In this document: positions 52,261 to 62,208 of the stretch, piece after piece
How positions within the stretch are numbered: the first letter of the stretch is position 1
Layout of the letters: each line of letters begins with the position of its first letter
Source of the DNA: Candidatus Bathyarchaeota archaeon
GTDB taxonomy: Archaea > Thermoproteota > Bathyarchaeia > Bathyarchaeales > Bathycorpusculaceae
Assembly: GCA_963717465.1 (NCBI GenBank)
Contig: OY970340.1
Coordinates: 800,001-864,000, forward strand
Length of the DNA: 64,000 nucleotides
Direction: 5' to 3'
Program-made: the position numbers and the translations under genes
Notes under the pieces: model-generated
Seen by the model: only the letters and a program-made list of their open reading frames with translations
Told to the model about the DNA's origin: nothing
Databases searched by the model: none

Positions 52261-52455
52261 CTAAAGTCTTCTGATATTTCTTATTAGAGTTAATACAATG
52301 AAAATGCCCCAAATAAAACCAAAGATTACCAATATCGGCAAAGCAGCATTTGATAGATTTGCATTATTTATGTAAATGCCATAATAATACGCCAATAAAG
52401 ATACTGCTACTACAAACGCTAATAGGCTATGGGCTGTATAGGTAACTCGTGACAT
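52261..52455 (-). CDS. Small 2-TM hypothetical protein
   Basis: 64 aa, two hydrophobic helices. Confidence 0.5.
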   Translation of the reverse strand: MSRVTYTAHSLLAFVVAVSLLAYYYGIYINNANLSNAALPILVIFGFIWGIFIVLTLIRNIRRL

Positions 52456-52529
52456 GTATGTGTTTTAATTGTTAAAGGATAAATAAATTTTTCTATTAAA
52501 AGCAAAGAGAAGAGTAAAAGAGATGTTTA

Positions 52530-52739
52530 TTATTCCACTTTTAACATAGAGATTAATCGGAATAAACTTAAAGCTACTACAATCAATATTCCTAGCTGTA
52601 CGGCAAGTCCAACTGAAAGTATTCTTCCTTCAATAATATCATTCATCAACACTTCATAAGCCACTTGAATAAAGAATGCAAAGAGAGCACCTATAATTAG
52701 TAAATACAAGTCTCTTTCTTTTACTTTTATTTTATTCAT
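52530..52739 (-). CDS. Small 2-TM hypothetical protein
   Basis: 69 aa, two hydrophobic helices, TTTAAA about 30 nt upstream. Confidence 0.55.
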   Translation of the reverse strand: MNKIKVKERDLYLLIIGALFAFFIQVAYEVLMNDIIEGRILSVGLAVQLGILIVVALSLFRLISMLKVE

Positions 52740-52789
52740 GTTAACGCTATTTCTACGCTTTACAGATTTAAAATCTGTGTTCTAAGGTC

Positions 52790-53119
52790 TCAAGTATCTT
52801 TCAGTTGTTTTTTTAATTCAATAAGTGATGGGAGAGTATCGCCTTTTTCTATCCTTTCTACTATTCTGTTGATTTTTTCTAATTGCATCTTTTGCTGTTT
52901 TCTCATGTAATCCAATATCCAGAACATAGCAATAAGAGTTAAAACAAAGGCTATAGAGCCAGCTATAAAATTTGTCTGGTAAATTCCAGCAGAAAAAAGC
53001 AGTAACCCAATTATGCCACCAGCAGCAAAAGCACTTAGAAAATTAAACCATGATTGATATTGATTATCTAGAATCTGAACTTTCTGGAGATCGACATCTC
53101 TGTTTGTCTTTTTAGCCAT
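52790..53119 (-). CDS. 2-TM hypothetical protein
   Basis: 109 aa, two TM helices and a charged tail, CTTAAA about 25 nt upstream. Confidence 0.6.
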   Translation of the reverse strand: MAKKTNRDVDLQKVQILDNQYQSWFNFLSAFAAGGIIGLLLFSAGIYQTNFIAGSIAFVLTLIAMFWILDYMRKQQKMQLEKINRIVERIEKGDTLPSLIELKKQLKDT

Positions 53120-53703
53120 GTAAGCTACTTCTGTTATGCAGATTTAAGACTTATTATTATGAAATGAATGCAAAAAGAATGGTAATTGCTACTAGTCTAA
53201 ACGAGTAAGTCTCTGTATCTGTTTCTATATGGAAAATTTTGAGAAAGATATTGGAAGCAATTCTATAATGCTATGTACTTTTTTACATAGCGTAGTAGTT
53301 TCTTTTCCAATAACCACTTCAAGCACACATATTTTATACTAGCTCCTTACGCTCTGCTCCACTCGCTAATAGTAAAAGCTAGAAGCTAGTGAGATATGGT
53401 TATTCTAGTTAAGAATATACTTGGTTTAAAATTGGCGACTTAGAGGGGTTAGGTACATGCGCACGTAGGAAAAAATAAAGGCTAAAACCGTTATCTTTCG
53501 TTTAGTCTTATTTTAACTAAATACTTAATATTTAAGCTTATTCATGTAAACTTGAGTATTTTCATAGTCGTTTATTATTGAAATAGGTAGTTTTGCTACC
53601 ATTCAGGCATAAGTAAATATTCTTAACAAAGATGGGGATATTCATTGGTTTTGCGCGAACTCTGGCGATAGTTTAATTCTCGATATATTGTTTTTTTCGC
53701 AAT

Positions 53704-54129
53704 TTGTCTCTTAAAGAGCCCTTAGTATCTTGTTTCTTAATACACGGTGATTGTGGAATGGCTTTCACATTTCGATTCACGTTGAACCCGTACCTGTTGA
53801 GTTCGGTTTTCGTTGTTCTTGGCACAATGGATTGCTTAACAACAGTCTTTGGGATCTTTTATCTTGGTGCCACCGAAGAGAATCCTGTTATCTCTGGCAT
53901 TGCAATGACTAATCTGCCCTTATTCGCCGTCATAAAGTTAGCTGCCACATTAGCTGTAGGCGTAATGGTTTATCAAGCGGAGAAGACTTTTCAAACAGTT
54001 GAAGACAAGACGAGCAAGTCATATAAATTTACCAGGGTAGGACTCAGAGTTGCCTATGTAGCTGCAATCGCATTCCTGTGTATTGTAGTATCGAATAACT
54101 TTACGGTTGTTTTCAAATTATTATCCTAA
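53704..54129 (+). CDS. DUF5658-like membrane protein (start probably ATG 53758)
   Basis: MDCLTTVFGI..GATEENPV..VIKL..VVSNN. Confidence 0.7.
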   Translation: MSLKEPLVSCFLIHGDCGMAFTFRFTLNPYLLSSVFVVLGTMDCLTTVFGIFYLGATEENPVISGIAMTNLPLFAVIKLAATLAVGVMVYQAEKTFQTVEDKTSKSYKFTRVGLRVAYVAAIAFLCIVVSNNFTVVFKLLS

Positions 54130-54148
54130 TTAATTAAGCACCAAAATA

Positions 54149-54520
54149 ATGTACTCTAAGAAGAGAGCAATGTCCAAGGAATTCTTTAAGCCACGAGTTG
54201 TTTGGCTAATACTTAACGGAAAAACTGAAGAAGCCCTCATCCTGCTTGCAGAAAACTATAAAGTAAGAACGCCAAGGCTGAAAGTGGGCCTTCCAAAAGG
54301 ACACAAGGCAAGAACGTATGGATGCTACACCTCCAAAAATGAGACTATTTCAGTGCTTAACAGCGACTTTTTTGCAAACCCCTTTGTAATACTTCACGAG
54401 TTCTACCATCATCTCCGCTCAAAATCCATCGATAAAGAACATAAGGGAACAGAAAAAAATGCTAACCAGTTCGCATTGGAATTCATAGAAGCATACAAAA
54501 AAGCAACTGCAATTTCCTAA
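54149..54520 (+). CDS. Small HExxH (zincin-like) protein
   Basis: ILHEFYHHL ... EKNANQFA. Confidence 0.7.
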   Translation: MYSKKRAMSKEFFKPRVVWLILNGKTEEALILLAENYKVRTPRLKVGLPKGHKARTYGCYTSKNETISVLNSDFFANPFVILHEFYHHLRSKSIDKEHKGTEKNANQFALEFIEAYKKATAIS

Positions 54521-54529
54521 GTGGGCAGT

Positions 54530-54997
54530 TTACGTTTGGGTTATTTGTACAGGAATTTTTTCTCCATGTGAATTGTAAGCTACTACATCATTGGGACTGT
54601 TGTAAGGGTACCCAACGATCATGAGAATTCGCCCAAAAAAATGATTAAAATCCACATCAGAAGGCGTCTTATTTCCAGACGGATGAGAATGCACCGTTCC
54701 AACCAATGAAAAATCCATTGGCAACATGTAAAAAGGATAATTAGCAAAACCGTGCCCATAAGTGGCAAGCGGCGGAACCAAGAGTTCAAGAACGCGAATC
54801 TCCTCCTTGCTTTTCTTGCCTCTAAGAAGTAAAATGGTTTCTTTAGGGTGAAGCATTTTTGCACCCTCAAAAATATTATCCAATAATTCCTGACTCATCG
54901 AAACAGCAGTTGTCTTAGCCAAACAAAACTCCCAACAATCATATAATAGCAGTTGCGAGATAAGTCTTTTATCAATAACAGAAATAAACAAGTGCAC
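54530..54997 (-). CDS. JAB/MPN (Mov34) metalloprotease; true start probably ~54922
   Basis: HPKE, GTVHSHPSGNKTPSDVD JAMM motif. Confidence 0.88.
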   Translation of the reverse strand: MHLFISVIDKRLISQLLLYDCWEFCLAKTTAVSMSQELLDNIFEGAKMLHPKETILLLRGKKSKEEIRVLELLVPPLATYGHGFANYPFYMLPMDFSLVGTVHSHPSGNKTPSDVDFNHFFGRILMIVGYPYNSPNDVVAYNSHGEKIPVQITQT

Positions 54998-55015
54998 TAA
55001 TTAAGTTAAAAAAGA

Positions 55016-55100
55016 GCCGGGATGGCAGAGTGGTTAACGCGCGGGCCTTGAGAGCCCGTGGATCTTCCGGTCCGCATGGGTTCGAATCCCATTCCCGGCG
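55016..55100 (+). tRNA. tRNA-Ser(UGA)
   Basis: GCCGGGA/TCCCGGC acceptor, CGGGC-CTTGAGA-GCCCG, long variable arm, ATGGG-TTCGAAT-CCCAT, G73. Confidence 0.95.
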
Positions 55101-55212
55101 CCTTCTGTTCACCAAAAGTTTAGTTGTTTTGTGTAGGTCTGCGAAGATCGGCAGGTTTATAAGATTTACTAACAATTAGTATAATTACAATTATGATAAT
55201 CGTAATTGTGAG

Positions 55213-55680
55213 ATGTGGCGATTGGTCTTCAAGGGTGAAATAGATAAACGAGTATTCGAGCTCATAACTGGCATCTACATCAGGTTTGAAAGGTTGGCAC
55301 AGCATCAGCTTCGGGAATTAAACATGACTTTCTCTCAGTTCAGAACCATGCTTATGTTATCTCAACGAGATAAAATGACTCAACGCGAGTTTGCCGACAT
55401 GATAGATACCGACACAACAACTGTCATGGTGCTATGCGATTCACTGGAGAAAAAGGGATGGTTGATAAGAATGCCCGATGCTACTGACCGCAGAGTAAAC
55501 AGACTGATCTTGACTGAAAACGGCCAGAAGGCTTTTTCTCAAGCTCTCCCTCTGATCCAGAAATTGTACAATGACTTTGCTTTGAATAACATCTCAAACA
55601 ATGAACTAGAAGCAGCTGTTGCAGCTTTAGAAAAACTGTTCCTAAACATCAACAACTGCTTAAAGCAAGCAAGAAACTAA
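55213..55680 (+). CDS. MarR family regulator
   Basis: MTFSQF, MTQREFA, SLEKKGWL.R..DATDRRVNRLILTENG. Confidence 0.9.
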   Translation: MWRLVFKGEIDKRVFELITGIYIRFERLAQHQLRELNMTFSQFRTMLMLSQRDKMTQREFADMIDTDTTTVMVLCDSLEKKGWLIRMPDATDRRVNRLILTENGQKAFSQALPLIQKLYNDFALNNISNNELEAAVAALEKLFLNINNCLKQARN

Positions 55681-55694
55681 CCGAGACGAATCAA

Positions 55695-55922
55695 GTGACG
55701 AGCAACATAAAGAAAGTCATCTCCGCCATAATTCTTCTGGCCGTCTTCGGTGGATGGATTTATGCTGCAATCCTTACAGCAACGCCGTCGGAAAAAACGA
55801 GCGAGGTCTGCCTTCTGGGATATCATGCGCATTGTCCGTTTACGCCGATAAGCACTATAATTTGCGTTATCGCTGCTTTAATCACAATTTACGCTGCTGT
55901 AAAAATTGTTCGGAGGGAGTAG
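55695..55922 (+). CDS. Small 2-TM protein with a C...H..HC loop
   Basis: SEVCLLGYHAHCPFTPIST between two TM helices. Confidence 0.65.
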   Translation: MTSNIKKVISAIILLAVFGGWIYAAILTATPSEKTSEVCLLGYHAHCPFTPISTIICVIAALITIYAAVKIVRRE

Positions 55923-55923
55923 A

Positions 55924-56061
55924 ATGATTGATAATCAAATCAGTTGTCCTTGTCCAAAAAAGAAGTGCCCAAGGCACGGAAAATGCCAAGAATGCCGAGA
56001 ATTTCATGGAAGAAAGAACAAGTTGCCTCGTTGCGAACGAAAATCCGTTAAGGTCTTTTAG
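55924..56061 (+). CDS. Small Cys-rich protein (45 aa, not in ORF track)
   Basis: MIDNQISCPCPKKKCPRHGKCQECREFHGRKNKLPRCERKSVKVF; GGAGGGAG RBS. Confidence 0.7.
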   Translation: MIDNQISCPCPKKKCPRHGKCQECREFHGRKNKLPRCERKSVKVF

Positions 56062-56442
56062 GTCGGCGCTTAAGAACTGATTAGCTTTTAGCTATAGCAT
56101 TTGTAAAAGTTGTGAATTGGAAAATTGAAATCATGATTAGGTGCATTGATCGGGCTTACTAAGTATGACTGAAATTTAGTAGGTCAAATCAGTATTGTGC
56201 ATAGTTAAGTGTTTTTGTCTTAAAATTCTTTTGGTTTTTTGGTTTTTAATGATTTTTTGATTTAAATTCATCATTATTAAGAGCTATTGTATATGATTCG
56301 CTACTGCTTTAATATGTATTGTCAATAAGTAATGCTTAATAGGTTGTCTGATAAGTATATTGAATAATAAGACTCAAGAAATAATATGAGAGTTTAATCG
56401 CGGAAAAAAAATAATAAAATAAACGGGAGGGAAAAAATAAAA

Positions 56443-56685
56443 ATGAGTGTAGCAGAACTGAACAGCCTCATCACCGCAACAATATCACTGCTAAACCAAG
56501 TCGGCCCCCTTGTAACCCAAGTCACCCAATCCTACGTCTACCTGAACGATTTTCTCGGCTTGCTCTGGAACGCAGTCAGCACAGTAACAGGAATCGTAGG
56601 ATCTGTAATGGGATTCGTTGGAACTGTAACTGGATTCGTAACTGGAACCGTACACACCGTTGTACAATTCTTCGCAGGACTTTAA
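56443..56685 (+). CDS. Small hydrophobic/amphipathic Thr-Val-Gly-rich protein (80 aa)
   Basis: GGGAGG RBS, distinct codon usage, downstream hairpin; no Lys/Arg. Confidence 0.7.
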   Translation: MSVAELNSLITATISLLNQVGPLVTQVTQSYVYLNDFLGLLWNAVSTVTGIVGSVMGFVGTVTGFVTGTVHTVVQFFAGL

Positions 56686-56710
56686 TTGCCACATAAATTA
56701 ATGTGGCAAT
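56685..56710. terminator. Perfect 10-bp hairpin between convergent genes
   Basis: ATTGCCACAT-AAATTA-ATGTGGCAAT. Confidence 0.6.
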
Positions 56711-56741
56711 CAATTTCTCCATAAAATAAAACATATTATCA

Positions 56742-58811
56742 TTAGCTCAGAAATGCTTCCATCTGTTCTGTACTATTTGTAGGAGGCAAACAAGTTTTGT
56801 CGCGACAAATATAAGCCGTTGCTTTCCCATCGATTTTCTTGTAACTTGTACCTATCACTTGCTTGCTTTCATGCATAAGAGAAATAATACTGTTGGGCTG
56901 AAAATTCTTTCGTAACACTCTAAGCATATCCAGTGTATCCACCTCGTTTATTTCACCTACTAAAACTACGCTAAATGCTGGCCCGACAGCAAAATCTACT
57001 CCGCAAAGGAAAAAAGTAAAAGCAGTAGGATGAGACTCAACATCTCTGAAAAAAACCTTTACGATTCTATCGGCATATCCTTCTAGATTGGATTCGTTGC
57101 TTATTCGTGCTAAACGGAGCAGGTTAAGCAGTGCAATCGAGGTGCCCGATGGAATAGCGTTATCGTAAGCTTGTTTCATTCGAGGAATCGTCTCTTTTGA
57201 GGTTTCAGGTGAAAAATAGAAGCCACCGTTAGTCTTATCCCAAAACTTTTCGATAAATGTCTTTGCTAAAACAAGCGATTTTTGCAGATATTTTTCTTCA
57301 AAACATGCTTCATAAACCTCGATTAGACCAAAGATTAAGAAGGCGTAGTCATCAAGAAAGCCTTCAACTGCCTTTTCACCTTTAGCAAAACGATGGAATA
57401 GCACGCCCTTATTGTCCGTCATGTTCTGCAGGATAAAATCTGAAGCTTTTATTGCTGCTTGAAGATACTTGGCTTCATTAAAAACTACGCTAGCTCTCGC
57501 TAAAGCTGCAATCATTAAACCGTTCCAATCAACAAGTATTTTATCGTCTTTTAAGGGGTGACCCCGTTTTTCCCTCGCCACAAAAAGCGCTTTTTTAATA
57601 TCTCCAAGCCTAGGCTCGTTTACCGTTAAATCAGCTTCTTTTACTAAACGTTCCAAAGGCAAAGTCAAGTGCAGGATATTCTTTCCAGTCCCCACTGCAT
57701 TTGGCTCATCATAATTTCCTTGGGCCTTAACATTAAAAAGCTGAATAGCTAAATCAGCATCTTCAGGCGGTAGAGCCTGGCGGATTTCATTTTCTGTCCA
57801 AAGATAGAATTTGCCTTCTTCACCCTCACTATCAGCATCTTCAGCAGAATAAAAACCCCCTTGAGGTGAAACCAATTCTCGGAAAACAAACTCAAAAATT
57901 TCTTCAGCAGCTTTCTTAAAGGCTATTTTGCCTGTGGCTTGGTAAGCTTCCGTGTAAGCTAAAGATAGCAATGCTTGATCATAAAGCATTTTTTCAAAGT
58001 GTGGGATAATCCATTGAGCGTCAGTGGAGTAACGGTGAACGCCGAAGCCGATTTGATCAAAAACTCCTCCAAAACGAATAGCCAGTAGCGTCTTTTCAAC
58101 CATGCTTAAAGCTTTTTTATCTCCCGTTCTCTTCCAATATCTTAAAAGAAAGAGCAACTGATGTGGCATTGGAAATTTCGGAGCACCACCAAACCCGCCA
58201 TTAATGGCATCAAAACGGCTGGCTAATTGTTCATAAGCTGCGGCAAGCACATTCTTGTCAAGTTCTTTTTCTGGAGCTCTAGCTTCTAACTCGATTAGTC
58301 TCTGGGCAACTTCTTCACCGATCTTTTCTAAATCTACTCTTTGTGTTTTCCATGCTTCCATAACCTGTGGGATAAGGTCAAGCATGCCTACTAAGTCATG
58401 ATGACTTTTCTTAGGAATGTAACTTGCGACGAAAAACGGTTGCTTATCCGGTGTCATCAGCACGTTTAGAGGCCAGCCACAGTTTCTCCCCATTGCTTGG
58501 CAAACTGCCATGTATGCACCATCAAGATCAGGCCTTTCTTCCCTGTCAACTTTTATGCATACAAACGCTTGATTCATCTTATCCGCTACTTCATCGTCGT
58601 TGAAGCATTCTTCTTCCATTACATGGCACCAATGGCATGTCGAGTAACCTATGGATACAAAAACAATCTTATCTTCAGCCTTTGCTTTCTCAAATGCTTC
58701 AACGCCCCACGGGTACCAGTCAACAGGGTTGTAAGCGTGTTGAAGCAAGTATGGACTTTTCTCATGGATAAGCCTGTTTGGCTTACGATCTTCTGATGGT
58801 TTATTTAACAC
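56742..58811 (-). CDS. Thioredoxin-domain / six-hairpin protein (YyaL/SSP411 family)
   Basis: [57 protein letters not shown]. Confidence 0.95.
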   Translation of the reverse strand: MLNKPSEDRKPNRLIHEKSPYLLQHAYNPVDWYPWGVEAFEKAKAEDKIVFVSIGYSTCHWCHVMEEECFNDDEVADKMNQAFVCIKVDREERPDLDGAYMAVCQAMGRNCGWPLNVLMTPDKQPFFVASYIPKKSHHDLVGMLDLIPQVMEAWKTQRVDLEKIGEEVAQRLIELEARAPEKELDKNVLAAAYEQLASRFDAINGGFGGAPKFPMPHQLLFLLRYWKRTGDKKALSMVEKTLLAIRFGGVFDQIGFGVHRYSTDAQWIIPHFEKMLYDQALLSLAYTEAYQATGKIAFKKAAEEIFEFVFRELVSPQGGFYSAEDADSEGEEGKFYLWTENEIRQALPPEDADLAIQLFNVKAQGNYDEPNAVGTGKNILHLTLPLERLVKEADLTVNEPRLGDIKKALFVAREKRGHPLKDDKILVDWNGLMIAALARASVVFNEAKYLQAAIKASDFILQNMTDNKGVLFHRFAKGEKAVEGFLDDYAFLIFGLIEVYEACFEEKYLQKSLVLAKTFIEKFWDKTNGGFYFSPETSKETIPRMKQAYDNAIPSGTSIALLNLLRLARISNESNLEGYADRIVKVFFRDVESHPTAFTFFLCGVDFAVGPAFSVVLVGEINEVDTLDMLRVLRKNFQPNSIISLMHESKQVIGTSYKKIDGKATAYICRDKTCLPPTNSTEQMEAFLS

Positions 58812-58924
58812 GAAAAAGTTTCTCCTAAATAATAATAGAAAATCGTTTTAATTAATACACTGTAATTTTACTGTAATGTTATTTGTCTTTAAAGTGTTGG
58901 TGTTAAAAGGGAAAAAATGTGGTT

Positions 58925-59377
58925 CTAATATTCAATGCTTAAGTAAAGCAGAACCATCAATGCTGCAAATTCAAATATGTCAGGTATTAACACGAATGGT
59001 CCAAGTCCGAAGGGACGAAATCCAAAGACCCCTATGAAGAAAGGATTTGAAACCAAATCCTTCAGAAGGAGAGCTCCAGCAAATATTAGAAGTCCTATTG
59101 TGAATTCGGAACGTGTTTTTACATATATGCTTGCGTAGTTAACAATCAAGATTACTAAGAGAACTATGTTAATAGTGGACAGTATGGTGTTGGCAAGGTA
59201 GAAAAACTCAAAGTCGCCTGGAATGTAGCCTGTTGCTGGATGTGGCCTTTCAGCGAATGGAGAGACAGGTCCATTATAATAGACATATGCTGCCCACACA
59301 ATTATAGCTAGGGACACAAGGATTAAAGTCAGAATTATTAATTCACTTTTTTTATTCAATTTCATGCCAATTTGCAT
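58925..59377 (-). CDS. Hypothetical 4-TM protein
   Basis: Four hydrophobic helices; co-oriented downstream of the HTH gene. Confidence 0.7.
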   Translation of the reverse strand: MQIGMKLNKKSELIILTLILVSLAIIVWAAYVYYNGPVSPFAERPHPATGYIPGDFEFFYLANTILSTINIVLLVILIVNYASIYVKTRSEFTIGLLIFAGALLLKDLVSNPFFIGVFGFRPFGLGPFVLIPDIFEFAALMVLLYLSIEY

Positions 59378-59395
59378 ACCATGATTCTTCCTTTT

Positions 59396-59719
59396 TTATT
59401 TTTTCCCGATTTTCTTCACAATCTCCTCAAACAGGGCATAATTGTCCTCCATAACTTGCGACAGAAAGTACGTAGCACCATACCTGTCACCTACAGAAGT
59501 GATAATTTTATTTTTCTCTAAAACATCTAAGTGATGCCTCATTGTCTTGTAATCCATTTTAAGACTTGTTGCGAGTTGATTGGCGTTTTGAGGAGTTTCC
59601 TTTAATATTTCAATCATTTTAGCACGAGTGGGTCCACCACGAGTACCTACAATTAACCATCCAAGTAGGTACTTTAATGAACGTGAAGGGCCAGACATTT
59701 TTTTGTTGCTCCATGCCAA
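59396..59719 (-). CDS. ArsR-like winged-helix regulator
   Basis: WLIVGTRGGPTRAKMI..PQNANQLA..MDYKTMRHHLDVL..YGATYFLS. Confidence 0.88.
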   Translation of the reverse strand: MAWSNKKMSGPSRSLKYLLGWLIVGTRGGPTRAKMIEILKETPQNANQLATSLKMDYKTMRHHLDVLEKNKIITSVGDRYGATYFLSQVMEDNYALFEEIVKKIGKK

Positions 59720-59885
59720 AGAGATTTGATGTTTTCAGTATGCAGACTTAAGTAATAAATAATTTCCCAAATGCAAAGCAAAATGGTAAAAATTAGGAGC
59801 CAAATTGGGTATAATTTTGAAAAATCGTTTAATAACTTTCCGCCTACACGTTTTAGAGGGAACCAAGGAGGTGAATGAACAAGCA

Positions 59886-60485
59886 ATGAACACAAAAAGT
59901 AAAGCTTTAATCTTGCTGTCAATCGTCACGATAGCTGCAGTTGCAGTTGGCTTAGTTCTAGCAACACAAGCGTCATCTAAATCTGAAACGAGCAGTTCTG
60001 CTAATTCAAACGTAGCAACCACGACATCAAGCTCAACTGATGAAAATTCAAGTTTCCTAGGCACCGGAAACCTGCCTTGCTTTGGCAATGGAAACATGCT
60101 TGGAGGTTTAGCTAATGATAACGGAAATATGCTTGGAGGTTTTGCTGACCAACAAATGATGGGGGGATTCAATGGTTATGGCAATATTACGGTTAGTGAC
60201 GCCTTTAAAGAAAACGTAACCAGCATAGCAGAGAACGATACAGACGTGCAAACCTTGCTTAACGACGGCTATAACATCACCTCAATACAGCCGATAATAA
60301 CGACAACAATTGATGGAAACGGTTATGTTGTATCCCAAGCTACGAGTGCAATAGTGACTTTGCAGGAAAATTCAACCAGTACATCTGGAACGAGCACAAT
60401 TGGAACAGCTTTAGTATGGGTTGACCTGACACAAGCAAAAGTAACACGAATAGAGATTACAACAAATACACTTATTGAAAAATAA
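59886..60485 (+). CDS. Secreted/anchored hypothetical protein (start ATG 59886)
   Basis: GGAGGTGA RBS; TM, Ser/Thr linker, NGNMLGG repeat, IAENDTDVQTLLNDGYNIT, VWVDLTQAKVTRI. Confidence 0.75.
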   Translation: MNTKSKALILLSIVTIAAVAVGLVLATQASSKSETSSSANSNVATTTSSSTDENSSFLGTGNLPCFGNGNMLGGLANDNGNMLGGFADQQMMGGFNGYGNITVSDAFKENVTSIAENDTDVQTLLNDGYNITSIQPIITTTIDGNGYVVSQATSAIVTLQENSTSTSGTSTIGTALVWVDLTQAKVTRIEITTNTLIEK

Positions 60486-60681
60486 TTGACCACTTCGTGA
60501 TGCATTTAGCTGCAAGCTAAACTCTTTTCTTTTTTGTTTTCTATTTTTTCAAAACCTACCTCCTTTTTTTGTTCTCACTTATTTTAACCTTTTTTTTATT
60601 CAAACTTAATTAAATTAGGGATAGATTTGGGTATTATTCTGCAAATTATTTAAAAGCTTTTTTCCAACACAGCAGTAGCAA

Positions 60682-60795
60682 GACAATCAAGAAGTGAAAA
60701 GAATGAAAAACAAAAATTCAGCTACCTTCCAGAAGCATCCTCTCAAGCATCCCCTTCTCTTCAATTCCTTCTTGATTGTCGATTTTTCTGATTAA
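60682..60795 (+). promoter_or_regulatory. Putative structured 5' leader with a short uORF
   Basis: 13-bp perfect inverted repeat GACAATCAAGAAG (60682-60694) / CTTCTTGATTGTC (60768-60780); ORF 60703-60795; TTTAAA about 30 nt upstream. Confidence 0.5.
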
Positions 60796-60807
60796 TGGTG
60801 AAAGAAA

Positions 60808-62208
60808 TTGGGTATTGTCACAAGAGCAGTTAGAAATATTTCAAGAAGAAAAACGCGCGCATTATTAGTAATTATTGCTTTAGGTTTTGCCTTAGCAATA
60901 ATGATTTCGATCCCAGCAGGAGTCATCGCCAATCAACAAACAGAAAGCAAAGTAGTATCCACGCTTACAAATGCAGAAGCGGCGCTCAACCTAACCTCAG
61001 ACCAAATAACTTGCACTCTAGCTTCAAGTTCAGGAAGCTCCAATTTTCCTAACTTCACCGGATTTGGAGGATACAGTGGCAGTGCTTCAGGCTCTCGCCC
61101 TTCCTTTGGATTCGGGGGCGGCTCAGCATTCGGCGGTGGTGAAGCAACCGCCTTCAACGAAACAGAATACAGCGACATTAACGATACAATCCTTCTGACG
61201 AACGTATCAGCCGTCCAAACAGTGTTAGCGGTAGAAGAAGGACAAAACGAAACCTTTACGTTTAATGGAAACTCATTCACCCGTCTAGTGCCAAACTACA
61301 TTATAGAAGGCGTATCATTAACCTCAGACCTAATCGACAATGGTTACTCGACCTTACCCACAAACATTACCGAGGGAACAACCCTTCAAGCAGGAGAAAC
61401 AAATGAAGTGCTTCTTAGCGAAAACAACTCAAAATACTTCGGCGTAGGCGTCGGGAACACAGTTGACATCTTAGGAACAAACTTTACTGTTGTCGGCGTC
61501 TACACCCCCTCGAACGTTGAAGACACACAAGTACTATACATGAGCCTCTTAGATGCACAATCAATAACAAATGAAACGGATTACATAACTAGCTTCGTAG
61601 TCTTCGCCGATTCACCCTCAGACGTAAACACAGTAGTAACAGAACTGCAAAATCTGTATCCAGCTCTCAACGTAAACACCGCGGAAAGCATGTTATCCGC
61701 TGAAAATACCGAATTGGCTAGTGCTGAGAGTTCCCTCAGCTCAACCACTACTACCGCTCTTGAAGAAATAGTCATCGTTGTTGTAGCAACAAGCCTAATA
61801 GTACTGTTCGTAATGCTTTACACGGTAAAAGAAAGAACTAAAGAAATCGGGACACTCAAAGCCATCGGCTTCAGCAATAAAACGGTAATGGGGCAATTCA
61901 TGCTAGAAGGTGTATTTCTCAGCGTTATTGCAGGTATAGTCGGGATAGCAATTGGTTTCGTGGCGGCGCCTACATTAGCTTCAGCATTGCTACCAAGCGT
62001 TAGCTCAAGCTTTAGCAGAGCTGCAGGGTTCGGCGAATCCTTTAGATCAAGCACAACCGCAAGCACAACTACTACAACAGCTACTTTGACTCCTGAGCTT
62101 GTACTCATAGGTTTAGCCGTAGCCATCCTACTTGGAATAGTAGGCAGTTTGTACCCAGCTTGGAGAGCAGCAAAAATAAAACCAGCGGAGGCAATGAGGT
62201 ATGAGTAA
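60808..62208 (+). CDS. ABC transporter permease, MacB/FtsX family
   Basis: RNISRRKTRALL, large extracellular domain, VKERTKEIGTLKAIGF, YPAWRAAKIKPAEAMRYE. Confidence 0.92.
   Translation: MGIVTRAVRNISRRKTRALLVIIALGFALAIMISIPAGVIANQQTESKVVSTLTNAEAALNLTSDQITCTLASSSGSSNFPNFTGFGGYSGSASGSRPSFGFGGGSAFGGGEATAFNETEYSDINDTILLTNVSAVQTVLAVEEGQNETFTFNGNSFTRLVPNYIIEGVSLTSDLIDNGYSTLPTNITEGTTLQAGETNEVLLSENNSKYFGVGVGNTVDILGTNFTVVGVYTPSNVEDTQVLYMSLLDAQSITNETDYITSFVVFADSPSDVNTVVTELQNLYPALNVNTAESMLSAENTELASAESSLSSTTTTALEEIVIVVVATSLIVLFVMLYTVKERTKEIGTLKAIGFSNKTVMGQFMLEGVFLSVIAGIVGIAIGFVAAPTLASALLPSVSSSFSRAAGFGESFRSSTTASTTTTTATLTPELVLIGLAVAILLGIVGSLYPAWRAAKIKPAEAMRYE

Noticed and set aside
55016..55100. tRNA with TGA in the anticodon loop as a suppressor or second Sec tRNA
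   Set aside because: Anticodon UGA reads the Ser codon UCA; it has a normal 7/5 fold.
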